From an uncultured Gammaproteobacteria bacterium (GTDB lineage Bacteria; Pseudomonadota; Gammaproteobacteria; Steroidobacterales; CAZJFQ01), in contig CAZJFQ010000001.1 of assembly GCA_964545335.1 (NCBI GenBank), forward strand, positions 1,766-65,765: a DNA stretch of 64,000 bases. Reading direction: 5' to 3'. Shown piece by piece: positions 1 through 9,365 of this stretch. The notes under the pieces are model-generated. The model ran no database searches. It was not told where the DNA came from and saw only the letters and a list, made by a program, of their open reading frames with translations. Every line of letters starts with the position of its first letter. Position 1 is the first letter of the stretch. Both the position numbers and the translations under genes were made by a program.

Positions 1-491
1 CCGCACGGCTAATGAGAGTCAACCATACCGGAGAGGTGGCTGCACAGGGGATGTACCAGGGTCAGGCTCTGACCGCCCGGCTCGATGACGTACGCGACGC
101 AATGACGAACGCAGCCGAAGAGGAGAACGATCACCTGGTCTGGTGCGCGGAGCGTATTCGCGACCTGGGAAGCCATACCAGCCTGCTCAATCCACTGTTT
201 TATCTGGGATCGTTTGCTATCGGTGCTGCGGTGGGCATCGCCGGCGATCGCTGGAGCCTGGGGTTCGTGGCAGAAACCGAGCGACAGGTCGTCCGTCATC
301 TGGAAGGGCATCTTGAGCAATTGCCTGCTGAGGATGAGCGAAGCCGGGCCATTCTTACCCTGATGAAAGCAGACGAGGAACGACACGCCACGACCGCGCT
401 GACTGCCGGCGGCACCGAGCTGCCGGAAGGTGTACGATCGATGATGGCGCTGACAGCACGGGTGATGACGATAACCGCGTATTGGATTTAA
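1..491 (+). CDS. coq7: Demethoxyubiquinone hydroxylase Coq7 (5' end cut by window edge)
   Basis: The frame of ORF 12..491 stays open back to position 3. Di-iron carboxylate motifs are present ([26 protein letters not shown]). Colinear by eye with the C-terminal ~160 aa of Pseudomonas Coq7. Confidence 0.9.
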   Translation, partial: ARLMRVNHTGEVAAQGMYQGQALTARLDDVRDAMTNAAEEENDHLVWCAERIRDLGSHTSLLNPLFYLGSFAIGAAVGIAGDRWSLGFVAETERQVVRHLEGHLEQLPAEDERSRAILTLMKADEERHATTALTAGGTELPEGVRSMMALTARVMTITAYWI

Positions 492-581
492 ATTCTTGTA
501 GCGGCCGCCTTGCCCTGAAGCGTCGACTGTATTAAAAGTATCGTCAAATTCCATTCGCAGGCCGCCCGGAGGGTGCCGACA

Positions 582-1235
582 ATGGCTGAAGCCGCGAAAA
601 CCGTCAGCGACGTACCGGCAATCAACAAGTTCTTGAGCTTTTGCCGGATCCGTACAGTACCCGCCAAAACCGTCGTGATTCACGCAGGCGATCTACCCGA
701 CATTCTTTATTACATTGTTGAAGGATCCGTCGAAGTCATGATCGAAGACGAGGACGGCAACGAAATGGTGCTGGCGTATCTGAACAAGCGCGAGTTTTTT
801 GGCGAAATGGGCCTGTTCTATGAGCGCCCAACCCGCAGCGCCTGGGTCCGGACGCGAACCGAATGCGAAATCGCTGAAATGACCTATCCCCGGTTTCGTC
901 AGATTTCCAATGAAAATCCCGGCCTGATTTTCGAACTGGCCACGCAGCTGGCAACCCGATTGAACCGAACCAATCGCAAGCTCGGAGACCTGGCCTTCGT
1001 CGACGTCACCGGCCGTGTCGCACATGCGCTCATGGACCTGTGCAACGATCCGGACGCCATGACTCATCCGGACGGAATGCAGATCAAGGTAAGCCGTCAG
1101 GAACTGAGTCGCCTGGTGGGTTGCTCAAGGGAAATGGCGGGACGCGTTCTGAAGGTGCTCGAGGAACAGGGCCTGGTATCGGCAAACGGCAAAACTATCG
1201 TGGTTTATAACGCCCGCCCGGGCCAGAACATCTGA
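582..1235 (+). CDS. crp: cAMP receptor protein CRP/Vfr family global regulator
   Basis: cNMP-binding region (FFGEMGLF, RSAWVRTRT) plus a C-terminal HTH (SRQELSRLVGCSREMAGRVLKVLEEQGL), near-colinear with E. coli CRP. The ATG at 582 has GGAGGG 9 nt upstream. The track start at 573 is GTG. Confidence 0.93.
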   Translation: MAEAAKTVSDVPAINKFLSFCRIRTVPAKTVVIHAGDLPDILYYIVEGSVEVMIEDEDGNEMVLAYLNKREFFGEMGLFYERPTRSAWVRTRTECEIAEMTYPRFRQISNENPGLIFELATQLATRLNRTNRKLGDLAFVDVTGRVAHALMDLCNDPDAMTHPDGMQIKVSRQELSRLVGCSREMAGRVLKVLEEQGLVSANGKTIVVYNARPGQNI

Positions 1236-1280
1236 CACCACAGCGTGGCTGCGAATCCTGGACCCCCGCCACGAGTGAGC

Positions 1281-1379
1281 CTCTAGGCGCCAGGCGCCCG
1301 GTAGGAAAAAGCAGCAGCGTGAAATGAATAATCCGAATCGCGTCAGCGCGACGTCCCGCTTTTCGCTTCCCGCTTTTCT
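1281..1379 (+). repeat. Composite heptamer/hairpin/heptamer intergenic element, long variant (copy 1)
   Basis: Left units CTCTAGG CGCCAGG CGCCCGG (1281-1301) contain the GGCGC-CAG-GCGCC hairpin. A second hairpin TCGCG-TCAG-CGCGA lies at 1338-1351. Right units CGTCCCG CTTTTCG CTTCCCG CTTTTCT (1352-1379) abut the trpG stop codon. Confidence 0.7.
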
Positions 1380-2012
1380 TTATCCGTGACCGGCTGCTGC
1401 GAGTTTTCTTTCAGCCCCGTGTCCGGCCTGCTTGGCCCAATCGATAAAATTCCTCAGCAGCGCGTGGCCGTACTCGGTCAGTATTGATTCCGGGTGGAAC
1501 TGCAGACCAGCAATCGGATATCGACGATGCCGGATGGCCATGACCTCGTCCATGGCCCCGTTGCCGTCTGCCGTCCACGCACAAACCTCGAGGCATTCCG
1601 GCAATGAATCCGACACGACAATCAGGGAATGATAACGGGTTGCCCGGATCGGGCACGGCAGATCACGGAACAGCCCCCTGCGATCGTGGTAAATCATCGA
1701 CGGCTTACCGTGCATGACCTGTCGCGCGTGCACAACCCGACCACCAAAAGCCTGCGCGATACTTTGATGACCAAGACACACCCCCAGCAAAGGCAACCGC
1801 CCGGCAAACTCGTTGACGACTGCTACAGAGATACCCGCGTCATCGGGTGTGCAGGGCCCGGGGGAAATCACAATGAAGGACGGATCCAGATCACGAACGT
1901 CGTCAATCGTGATGTGATCGTTGCGGGCTACCACAACTTCACTCCCCAGCTCCTCGAAATATTGCACCAGGTTGTAGGTGAAGGAATCGTAGTTGTCGAT
2001 CATCAAAACCAT
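1380..2012 (-). CDS. trpG: Anthranilate/aminodeoxychorismate synthase glutamine amidotransferase component II
   Basis: Class-I GATase: [12 protein letters not shown] start, nucleophile elbow GVCLGHQ, catalytic FHPES. trpG and pabA cannot be told apart from sequence alone. Confidence 0.88.
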   Translation of the reverse strand: MVLMIDNYDSFTYNLVQYFEELGSEVVVARNDHITIDDVRDLDPSFIVISPGPCTPDDAGISVAVVNEFAGRLPLLGVCLGHQSIAQAFGGRVVHARQVMHGKPSMIYHDRRGLFRDLPCPIRATRYHSLIVVSDSLPECLEVCAWTADGNGAMDEVMAIRHRRYPIAGLQFHPESILTEYGHALLRNFIDWAKQAGHGAERKLAAAGHG

Positions 2013-2030
2013 GAGGCTAATGCCCGATGG

Positions 2031-2122
2031 CCTAGGCTGTAGGCTCTAGGCTCTAGGCTCTAGGCGTCGGCGCAATAGCGCCGAGCTTCACTTTTCACTT
2101 GTCACTTTTCACTTCCCGCTTT
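2031..2122 (+). repeat. Composite heptamer/hairpin/heptamer intergenic element (copy 2, archetype)
   Basis: 5 x 7 nt (CCTAGGC TGTAGGC TCTAGGC x3) at 2031-2065. Perfect hairpin CGGCGC-AATA-GCGCCG at 2068-2083. 5 x 7 nt (TCACTTT TCACTTG TCACTTT TCACTTC CCGCTTT) at 2088-2122, abutting the rpe stop codon. Confidence 0.85.
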
Positions 2123-2797
2123 CTACGCCGCATCTGCCACGAGCTGGCTGCGCATATCCGCAATGGTCGCGGCGTAGTCGTCACTGCCGAAGATCGCCGA
2201 ACCAGCTACGAAGGTATCGGCGCCTGCGCGTGCAATCTGCGCGATATTGTCCGTCTTCACACCACCGTCGATTTCCAGCCGGATATCCCGTTTCTGCCGG
2301 TCTATCAGGGTCCGCGCGGCCTCTAACTTCGCCAGCGCCGACGGAATAAATGTCTGCCCACCGAAACCGGGGTTGACCGACATGATGAGAATCATGTCGA
2401 TCTTGTCGATGACGTAATCGAGCCAGGTTAGCGGGGTCGCAGGATTGAATACGAGTCCGGCCTTGCAGCCCTGTTCCCGGATTAGACCCAGAGTTCGGTC
2501 GACATGGTCACTGGCTTCCGGGTGAAAACTGATATAGGTGGCGCCAGCACGCACGAATCCCGGAATAATGCTGTCGACCGGTCTGATCATCAGATGCACG
2601 TCGAGCGGCGCCTTGATGCCGTGTGTGCGTAGCGACTCGCAGATTAATGGTCCGATCGTCAGGTTCGGAACATAGTGATTATCCATGACGTCGACATGGA
2701 TAATGTCCGCACCGGCTTCCAGAACCGACTCGACTTCGGCGCCGAGTCGGGCGAAATCGGCGGACAGTATCGAAGGTGCAATCCAATAATCAGACAT
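2123..2797 (-). CDS. rpe: Ribulose-phosphate 3-epimerase
   Basis: Motifs [34 protein letters not shown]. Full-length at 224 aa. Confidence 0.95.
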   Translation of the reverse strand: MSDYWIAPSILSADFARLGAEVESVLEAGADIIHVDVMDNHYVPNLTIGPLICESLRTHGIKAPLDVHLMIRPVDSIIPGFVRAGATYISFHPEASDHVDRTLGLIREQGCKAGLVFNPATPLTWLDYVIDKIDMILIMSVNPGFGGQTFIPSALAKLEAARTLIDRQKRDIRLEIDGGVKTDNIAQIARAGADTFVAGSAIFGSDDYAATIADMRSQLVADAA

Positions 2798-2864
2798 AAT
2801 GGGATTTCAACCGTTCGCAAGATCGCGAATGATACAAGTATATTGCACAGGCTTCATTTCCAAG

Positions 2865-2885
2865 CCTTAGGCCCCAGGCCCTAGG
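2865..2885 (+). repeat. Degenerate copy (left-type heptamer array only) of the composite element
   Basis: CCTTAGG CCCCAGG CCCTAGG in the rpe-djlA spacer. No convincing hairpin or pyrimidine array follows. Confidence 0.4.
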
Positions 2886-2965
2886 ATGCAGAAAAGCGCA
2901 CAGACTTGGTTGCGTTACTATTTTTTCTTGCGCCTAGCACCTGTTGCCTAGCGTCTTATCCGTCG

Positions 2966-3772
2966 CTAGCGCATCCCCCGCGCCTCTTTGACTGTATCGT
3001 AGGCAGCCCGAATTTCGCGCGTCTTTTCTTTTGCTGCCTGCATCATCGACTCGGGCAAGCCGCGCGATACGAGCTTGTCGGGGTGATGTTGATTCATCAG
3101 GCGGCGGTATGCGGTCTTGACCTCTTTGTCGGTCGCGTCACTGCCGATTCCCAGCACGTCGTAACCCGCTGCGACCGCATCGATCGTCTGACGGGCTGCC
3201 TGACGATCCTGATAGGCGCGCTGTGCCCTTATCAACGCCTCGATTTGTGCCAGCTCAACCCTCGAGATGCCAAGCTGCCGACAAATGTCTATCAGAATGC
3301 GCCGGACGTTCGGATGGACGCTGCCGGTCGCGAGCGCCGCCTGCATCTGCAGCTCCATGAACGCACGATTCAAATCGTGACGGCCACGGCTGGCCAGACG
3401 AAATTTCTCAATCGTATCCCGTAACGGAAAATCAGACCGCTTGCCGTCAGTGAACAACCGTATCGCCTCCTTGACCTGATCGGGAGCAAGGCGCAGTTGC
3501 TGCATGATTGCGCGGGCCATCCGGATTTCGTCTTCGGAAACCCGACCGTCCGCTTTCGCCATATGGCCCATGACGGAGAAAGCACTGGCGAAAAATATGG
3601 CCTGAAGCTCGCGGACACCGTATCGCGGTATCGCCCCCCGGGCCTTTCCAAAGCCGCGGTCGAACTGGTGACCGACAGCCAGTCCGATAATGAAGCCGAG
3701 CGGGCCAAGCCTTACCCCGCTGAACAGAAACCAGCCCAGAATGGCGCCCGCGATCTTTCCCCACCAGGTCAC
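2966..3772 (-). CDS. djlA: Co-chaperone DjlA (membrane-anchored DnaJ-like protein)
   Basis: N-terminal TM helix, TerB-like middle region, and a C-terminal J domain with HPD (YRRLMNQHHPDKL). Confidence 0.9.
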   Translation of the reverse strand: MTWWGKIAGAILGWFLFSGVRLGPLGFIIGLAVGHQFDRGFGKARGAIPRYGVRELQAIFFASAFSVMGHMAKADGRVSEDEIRMARAIMQQLRLAPDQVKEAIRLFTDGKRSDFPLRDTIEKFRLASRGRHDLNRAFMELQMQAALATGSVHPNVRRILIDICRQLGISRVELAQIEALIRAQRAYQDRQAARQTIDAVAAGYDVLGIGSDATDKEVKTAYRRLMNQHHPDKLVSRGLPESMMQAAKEKTREIRAAYDTVKEARGMR

Positions 3773-3941
3773 GGCTTCGTACCGCCGGGGGCCAATATCG
3801 TCATCAAAATCATGTCACTACGTCATGACTCGCGCATCCATCGGGCAGGGTCAACGGTCATGATGTGTTGACCGGCGCCGGGCACGCTGCAAGAATGCGC
3901 GTTTTTTCTCATGCCCTTAAACCGGGTTCGGAGTTGGCGGT

Positions 3942-4427
3942 ATGGTAACCGATGAATATCCTGGCAGCACCGGGAAGGACCGATCCGCGACGATCGATAC
4001 GGTCGTCGGGAAGATTCTGGTATTCGGAGAGACGAGCGCCGGACATGTCGGAGCTGAAACCTTCGATGACCCGGTCATGCATACCTATTTCCTCTTATAT
4101 GTATTTGGTGCGCTGGACACGCTGGCCGAGGCGGATGAGCTGGACATCAGGCTGACGGATGATGAAAAGACCGCAGTCATGACCGACGCGCTTTTGGCGT
4201 TCGGCAGCTCTTCGGACGCTCAGGTTGCCGCGACAATCAGAATGTTGCAGCGCGCGCAGGATCAACCGGCGCTGAAAATGAAAAAACGCGGCGCGGACGC
4301 AGCCCGCGAGTGGCAGTGGGGTACGAACGAGGCAGCGACACGGCGGTTTCTGGAAATGCTGGACGATCGGTCGCTGTTCCCTGAAAACGTCCCCTCCAGT
4401 CCGGGGCCGATTGGATCATTGTCCTGA
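3942..4427 (+). CDS. Hypothetical protein (161 aa, cytosolic, acidic)
   Basis: Long ORF filling the djlA-purC gap with no competing recognisable gene. No motif recognised. Confidence 0.55.
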   Translation: MVTDEYPGSTGKDRSATIDTVVGKILVFGETSAGHVGAETFDDPVMHTYFLLYVFGALDTLAEADELDIRLTDDEKTAVMTDALLAFGSSSDAQVAATIRMLQRAQDQPALKMKKRGADAAREWQWGTNEAATRRFLEMLDDRSLFPENVPSSPGPIGSLS

Positions 4428-4455
4428 CAGACTCGTTCGTCTTTGTGGAAACGAA

Positions 4456-5367
4456 ATGAATACAGCCGAAGAACGGAATTCGCTACCGCCGACACTGCTT
4501 GAATCCAGGATCGACGGACTGGAAAAAATACAACAGGGCAAGGTTCGCGATATCTATCGCGTCGATACCGAGCATCTGCTTATCGTGACCACTGACCGGA
4601 TGTCCGCATTTGACGTTGTTTTGCCGGACCCCATCCCGGGAAAAGGGTGGGTATTGACGCAGATTGCAAACTTCTGGTTTGAGCGGTCAGAAATGATCAT
4701 TCCCAACCATCTGACCGATGTCGATATCGCAGATGTCCTGGAAGATCCAGCCTGCAGAGCACAGCTTGGCGGTCGATCCGTTGTCGTAAAACGTCTCCAT
4801 GCATTACCCATCGAAGCTGTTGTACGCGGATACCTGGCGGGATCCGGTTGGAAAGACTATCAGGAAACCGGGGCGGTCTCCGGCATCATGCTGCAACCCG
4901 GACTGCAACTGGCCGGGAAGTTGCCGCAGCCAATCTTTACACCGGCCACCAAGGCGGCAGTCGGCGAGCACGACGAAAACATCGATTTCGCTGCGTGCAC
5001 GGCGCTCGTGGGCGATACGATCGCAAACAGCATCCGGGATATTTCTATACAACTGTACGCAAGCGCATGTGAATACGCTCAGGAACGTGGAATTATCATT
5101 GCGGATACGAAATTTGAATTTGGCGTCGATGACAACGGTGTGTTGCACCTCATTGACGAGGTACTGACACCGGATTCATCGCGTTTCTGGCCGGCCGATT
5201 CGCACCAGCACGGAATCAGCCCGCCCAGTTTTGACAAGCAGTACGTTCGCGACTACCTCGAGACACTGGACTGGGACAAGAAAGCGCCCGGCCCGGCGCT
5301 CCCCGACGCAGTAATCAAACGCACGAGTGAGAAATACCTCGAAGCGTGGCGCCAGCTGACACAATAA
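4456..5367 (+). CDS. purC: Phosphoribosylaminoimidazole-succinocarboxamide (SAICAR) synthase, long form
   Basis: Motifs [27 protein letters not shown] chose the internal ATG at 4456 (MNTAEERN) because the track start at 4411 would overlap the upstream ORF. Confidence 0.92.
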   Translation: MNTAEERNSLPPTLLESRIDGLEKIQQGKVRDIYRVDTEHLLIVTTDRMSAFDVVLPDPIPGKGWVLTQIANFWFERSEMIIPNHLTDVDIADVLEDPACRAQLGGRSVVVKRLHALPIEAVVRGYLAGSGWKDYQETGAVSGIMLQPGLQLAGKLPQPIFTPATKAAVGEHDENIDFAACTALVGDTIANSIRDISIQLYASACEYAQERGIIIADTKFEFGVDDNGVLHLIDEVLTPDSSRFWPADSHQHGISPPSFDKQYVRDYLETLDWDKKAPGPALPDAVIKRTSEKYLEAWRQLTQ

Positions 5368-5375
5368 CCGGCAGC

Positions 5376-5475
5376 TACGCGTCGGCATTGTTTCACTTTC
5401 CGTTTATCTGCAGGCACTAGGGAAATAGCGCCGCAGGCGCGCTCTCTTCACTTTTCACTGGTTCATTGTTTACTT
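5376..5475 (+). repeat. Composite heptamer/hairpin/heptamer element, tandem/nested copy (copy 4)
   Basis: TACGCGTCGGC, then TTTCACTTTCCGTTT, then CTGCAGG CACTAGG (5408-5421). Hairpin GCGCC-GCA-GGCGC at 5428-5440 is preceded by AATAGCGCCG. Degenerate TCACTTT TCACTGG TTCATTG TTTACTT follows (5448-5475). Confidence 0.65.
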
Positions 5476-5605
5476 TTGTCAGACAGATTATGCGTTCGTA
5501 ACCGTTTGCCCTCATGATCGGGTGGCTATATTGTACAATCGCCTCCGCTACAGTCTCCAAAGTTTAGGCCGGACTTAAGAATCACATATAAGCCTACCGA
5601 CAGAC

Positions 5606-6922
5606 ATGCTCACCATTTTTTCCCGACTGGCTGACGCCTTCCTGTTCAATGAACGAACCGATGCCGCCGGTCGCCCGCTCCGTACGCTTATCCGGTTTCT
5701 CCGGTTTCCCTATGCCATTCTGCGCGATGTTATAAGCGGAGATCTTACCCTGCGAGCGATGAGTCTTGTGTATACAACGATGTTGTCGATCGTACCGTTA
5801 CTCGCATTTAGCTTTTCCGTTCTCAAGGGGTTCGGTATTCACAGACAGATCGAACAACCGCTGCTGAAATTCTTCGAACCATTGGGTCAGCGCGGAATCG
5901 AACTGTCAAACAATATCATTAGCTTTGTCGACAATGTGCAGGGGACGATACTAGGTACCTTCGGCCTTATTTTTCTGATCTATACAGTTATTTCGATGAT
6001 TCAGAAAGTCGAAGACAGTTTTAACTACGTCTGGCAGGTCGAGCGGCCGCGGAGTTTTGCACGACGATTCAGCGAATATGTGAGTGTCTTGCTGATCGGT
6101 CCCGTTCTGATGTTTACGGCTATTGGCCTGCTTGCATCTCTGGAAAGTACGACTCTGGTACAAAGATTGTCAGAAATCGAACCTTTCGGAACCACGCTCT
6201 TTTACATTTCCAGGTATGCCCCGTTTGTACTGGTCATATTCGTATTCAGCTTTGTCTATTCATTCGTTCCGAATACGCGCGTCAAATTGAGCGCGGCCCT
6301 AGTTGGCGGGACGACGGCTGGCATCATCTGGGCAACGATTGGAAAATTATTTGCGGCGCTCGTTGCCGCGTCGACCAAATACACCGCTATCTATTCGGGA
6401 TTTGCAATCGTTGTCATGGCGCTGATGTGGTTGTATATCAGCTGGCTGATTCTGCTCCTCGGCGCGCAAATTGCATTCTATTATCAGAACCCGGAATTCC
6501 TTCGCAGCGGACGCAGGCGAGTGGAACTGGCCGGTTTACTGCGGGAAAAGTTGGCTTTGAGCACGATGTATCTCCTGGCCGCGGCGTATTACGAAGGGCG
6601 CAACGAGTGGACGCTGAACAAGCTCGCGTCACACTTCGGTGTTCCGGCCAACGCGTTTGGTTCGGTCACGTCGGCACTCGAAAAGCGGGGGCTTATAGTT
6701 GCGACGGAGAATGAACAACTGATGCCAGGCCGGGCGCTTGACACGATTCTGCTGACAGACGTTCTTGCCGCAGTCCGGGACAGTACTGCCGAAGCACCGC
6801 AGCGCACCGGAGTGGCTGTTGTCGACAAACTAGCTGGCGAAATTGAGTCGGCGATTGCGGACAAGCTGGGCAAGAAAACTCTGCGGGATGTCGTCGACAC
6901 TCATGCGGTGACTACCGCCTGA
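5606..6922 (+). CDS. YihY/BrkB-family inner membrane protein with C-terminal cytosolic extension
   Basis: Multi-TM core typical of YihY ('RNase BN-like'). The C-terminal ~130 aa look like a winged helix (WTLNKLASHFGVPANAFGSVTSALEKRGLIV). Confidence 0.85.
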   Translation: MLTIFSRLADAFLFNERTDAAGRPLRTLIRFLRFPYAILRDVISGDLTLRAMSLVYTTMLSIVPLLAFSFSVLKGFGIHRQIEQPLLKFFEPLGQRGIELSNNIISFVDNVQGTILGTFGLIFLIYTVISMIQKVEDSFNYVWQVERPRSFARRFSEYVSVLLIGPVLMFTAIGLLASLESTTLVQRLSEIEPFGTTLFYISRYAPFVLVIFVFSFVYSFVPNTRVKLSAALVGGTTAGIIWATIGKLFAALVAASTKYTAIYSGFAIVVMALMWLYISWLILLLGAQIAFYYQNPEFLRSGRRRVELAGLLREKLALSTMYLLAAAYYEGRNEWTLNKLASHFGVPANAFGSVTSALEKRGLIVATENEQLMPGRALDTILLTDVLAAVRDSTAEAPQRTGVAVVDKLAGEIESAIADKLGKKTLRDVVDTHAVTTA

Positions 6923-6932
6923 CCCGTGGCGG

Positions 6933-8282
6933 TCAGTCGCCGGCGATCGTCATCGACTCAATCAAAAGTGATCCTGTTCGGATGACACCTCGGACGTCGA
7001 CATCGGTGCCGACCTCCCTGATTCCCGCCAGAATATCCCGCAGGTTGCCGGCGATGGTCACTTCGCTGACCGGATACTGAATCTCTCCTCGTTCCACCCA
7101 AAACCCCGCAGCGCCGCGCGAATAATCACCGGTCACAATGTTGACTCCCTGGCCGATCAGTTCTCGCACAAGGAATCCGGTGTCCATCGTCCTCAGCATC
7201 GAATCGGCATCCAGACTGCCCGAGGTGACCAGCAGATTATGCACGCCGCCGGCATTGCCGCTGCTCTCCAGTCCGAGTTTGCGAGCCGAGTAACTGTCAA
7301 GTACATACCCGCTGACAACACCATCGGAAACCAGATCGTGGTCAGCTGTTGCGACGCCTTCGCCGTCAAATGCGGCACTGCCCATTGCTTTCGGCAGGTG
7401 GGGGCGTTCCACGATCGAAAGCTGGTTCCCAAAGACCTGGCTGCCGGCCGAGTCCAGCAAAAAAGACGCTTTGCGGTATTGTGCCGGTCCGCTTACGGCA
7501 CTCACAAAGTTGGAGATCAGGCCTCGTGCCAGCTCGGCCGGAAAGATGACCGATGCCTTGCGAGTGGAGATTTTTTTTGCGCCAAGACGTTCGATGGTCC
7601 GTTGTGCTGCCTGGCGCCCGACGCTACCGGCTGCTTCGAGATCCGAGGCATCCCGCGCCACGCTGTACCAGTAATCGCGCTCCATGCCACCGGCATCCCG
7701 GCTGATGACGACACAACTCAGATTGTGACCGGTGGCTTCCTGGCTACCCATAAAACCGTGCGAGTTGCCATAGATTCTCATCCCCTGATGACTGCTGACG
7801 GCGGCGCCCTCAGAGTTTTCGATGCGCGGATCCAAGTCGAGCGCCGCCGACTCACATTCCGTGGCGAGCTCGATGGCGTGTTGCGGAGTCAGGTTCCAAG
7901 GGTGGCAAAGATCGAGGTCCGGTACCGACGTGGCCATCCGATCCGCATTGGCCAGCCCGCTGAAGGGATCCTCCGCAGTGTGCCTGGCGATGGTGCAGGC
8001 TTTGGCGACCGTATCAGTCAGTGCCTCCGGGTCCAGATCGGACGTACTGGCCGAGCCTTGTCGGTGACCGAAAAACACCGTCACACCGAGGCCCCGATCA
8101 CGCTGATACTCCAATGTTTCGACTTCACCCAGACGCACCGTGACTGCCAGCCCGGAATTACAGGTAACTGCGGCTTCTGCCTGATCAGCACCACGTGAAC
8201 GCGCGTCGTCCAGCGTCTGCTGGACCAGCTGCTCCAGGTCGCTCCTGGAAAGGTCAATTGTCCGAACTGGCTCGGCTATCAC
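6933..8282 (-). CDS. pmbA: Metalloprotease PmbA (TldE)
   Basis: PmbA/TldD family, colinear with E. coli PmbA from GADQAEAAV onward. GTG at 8282 (residue 24 of the track ORF) follows GGAGGA and gives ~449 aa. The track start at 8351 is probably over-extended. Confidence 0.9.
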   Translation of the reverse strand: MIAEPVRTIDLSRSDLEQLVQQTLDDARSRGADQAEAAVTCNSGLAVTVRLGEVETLEYQRDRGLGVTVFFGHRQGSASTSDLDPEALTDTVAKACTIARHTAEDPFSGLANADRMATSVPDLDLCHPWNLTPQHAIELATECESAALDLDPRIENSEGAAVSSHQGMRIYGNSHGFMGSQEATGHNLSCVVISRDAGGMERDYWYSVARDASDLEAAGSVGRQAAQRTIERLGAKKISTRKASVIFPAELARGLISNFVSAVSGPAQYRKASFLLDSAGSQVFGNQLSIVERPHLPKAMGSAAFDGEGVATADHDLVSDGVVSGYVLDSYSARKLGLESSGNAGGVHNLLVTSGSLDADSMLRTMDTGFLVRELIGQGVNIVTGDYSRGAAGFWVERGEIQYPVSEVTIAGNLRDILAGIREVGTDVDVRGVIRTGSLLIESMTIAGD

Positions 8283-8522
8283 TATCGGCTGACTCCTCCG
8301 CCGGCAAGCGAGCGATTCTACCGCCGGCTTCGGGCAGTGAACAAGGGGCAATACCTTCCCTGTGCACGATCCCGCGCGGGTCTGGTAAGATGTGCGGCCA
8401 TTTTTTCAGGGCGATGCATTGCCCCTGCAACGGCCACTAATGGCAGCTGCATGACCGACCGAACCGGGTCTGCCGGTCGGGCCGTTGCCAGACAGGGCCG
8501 GGGGTTCCGGGAGGTATAAGGT

Positions 8523-9365
8523 TTGAGTCCATCGCAACCGATCGACGGCGCGACGCGCGGCTTCATCGCGGCCATCGGCGGCGGGGAAGAAAAATTTGAT
8601 GACCCCGAGATCCTGCATCGATTTGTCAATCTGTGCGGCGGCGAGCCCGCGCGTATTGCTGTCATCCCGACAGCCTCCGAGCTGAATGACAGCGGCCGAC
8701 ATTACGAGAAGCTGTTTCGAACGATCGGCGCCAATCATGTACGGGTACTGGGTTTTTACTCCCGTTCCGACTGCGAGAACGAGAAGTACCTCAACTACCT
8801 GGCCAAGGCCGACGGAGCATTTATGACCGGTGGCAATCAGTTGCGTCTCTCGACTACGCTCGGTGGCACGCCGGTGGCTCAACTGTTACGGCGCCGAAAT
8901 ATGCAGGGCATGCATATCGCAGGAACCTCCGCCGGCGCGGCATTTATGCCGGAGCACATGATTGCAGGCGGTATCGAGGGCAGCACCCCGCGCCCCGAGC
9001 TGGTGACGATGGCGCCGGGACTCGGTTTGACCAATCGCATTGTTGTCGATCAGCACTTTCGAGAACGGGATCGGTTGGGACGGCTACTCACCGCGCTGGC
9101 TTACAACCCCTTTGCGGTGGGCATTGGTCTGGATGAAAACACTGCCGCTTTTATAGCACCGGATGATACTCTAGACGTGATGGGTACCGGCGGACTGACA
9201 ATCGTCGATCCCTCGGAGATTGAATTCTCCTCGATGGACTCGGCCCAGCGTGGGGAACCGGTTAGTCTGATCGGAGTGCGATTACACATCCTGGTCTCCG
9301 GCGGACACTACGACCTCGTCACACGCGAGGCCAGCCATCGAGCAGAACGAATAGCGACAACATAA
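8523..9365 (+). CDS. cphB: Cyanophycinase (peptidase S51), no signal peptide
   Basis: IGGGEE start region and nucleophile motif IAGTSAGAAFM. TTG start at 8523 with GGGAGG 8 nt upstream. The N-terminus is not signal-like, so it resembles the intracellular CphB type. Confidence 0.88.
   Translation: MSPSQPIDGATRGFIAAIGGGEEKFDDPEILHRFVNLCGGEPARIAVIPTASELNDSGRHYEKLFRTIGANHVRVLGFYSRSDCENEKYLNYLAKADGAFMTGGNQLRLSTTLGGTPVAQLLRRRNMQGMHIAGTSAGAAFMPEHMIAGGIEGSTPRPELVTMAPGLGLTNRIVVDQHFRERDRLGRLLTALAYNPFAVGIGLDENTAAFIAPDDTLDVMGTGGLTIVDPSEIEFSSMDSAQRGEPVSLIGVRLHILVSGGHYDLVTREASHRAERIATT

Noticed and set aside
492-581. Possible eighth, degenerate copy of the repeat element in the coq7-crp spacer (TCTTGTAG-CGGCCGCC-TTGCCCTGAAG with a GCGGCCGC palindrome).
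   Set aside because: It has only one unit-like string on each side and a loop-less palindrome. That is not distinguishable from chance.
2865-2885. Telomere-like reading of CCTTAGG CCCCAGG CCCTAGG.
   Set aside because: It has only three imperfect units, sits inside a circular-type bacterial gene context, and clearly belongs to the left-array type of the intergenic element.
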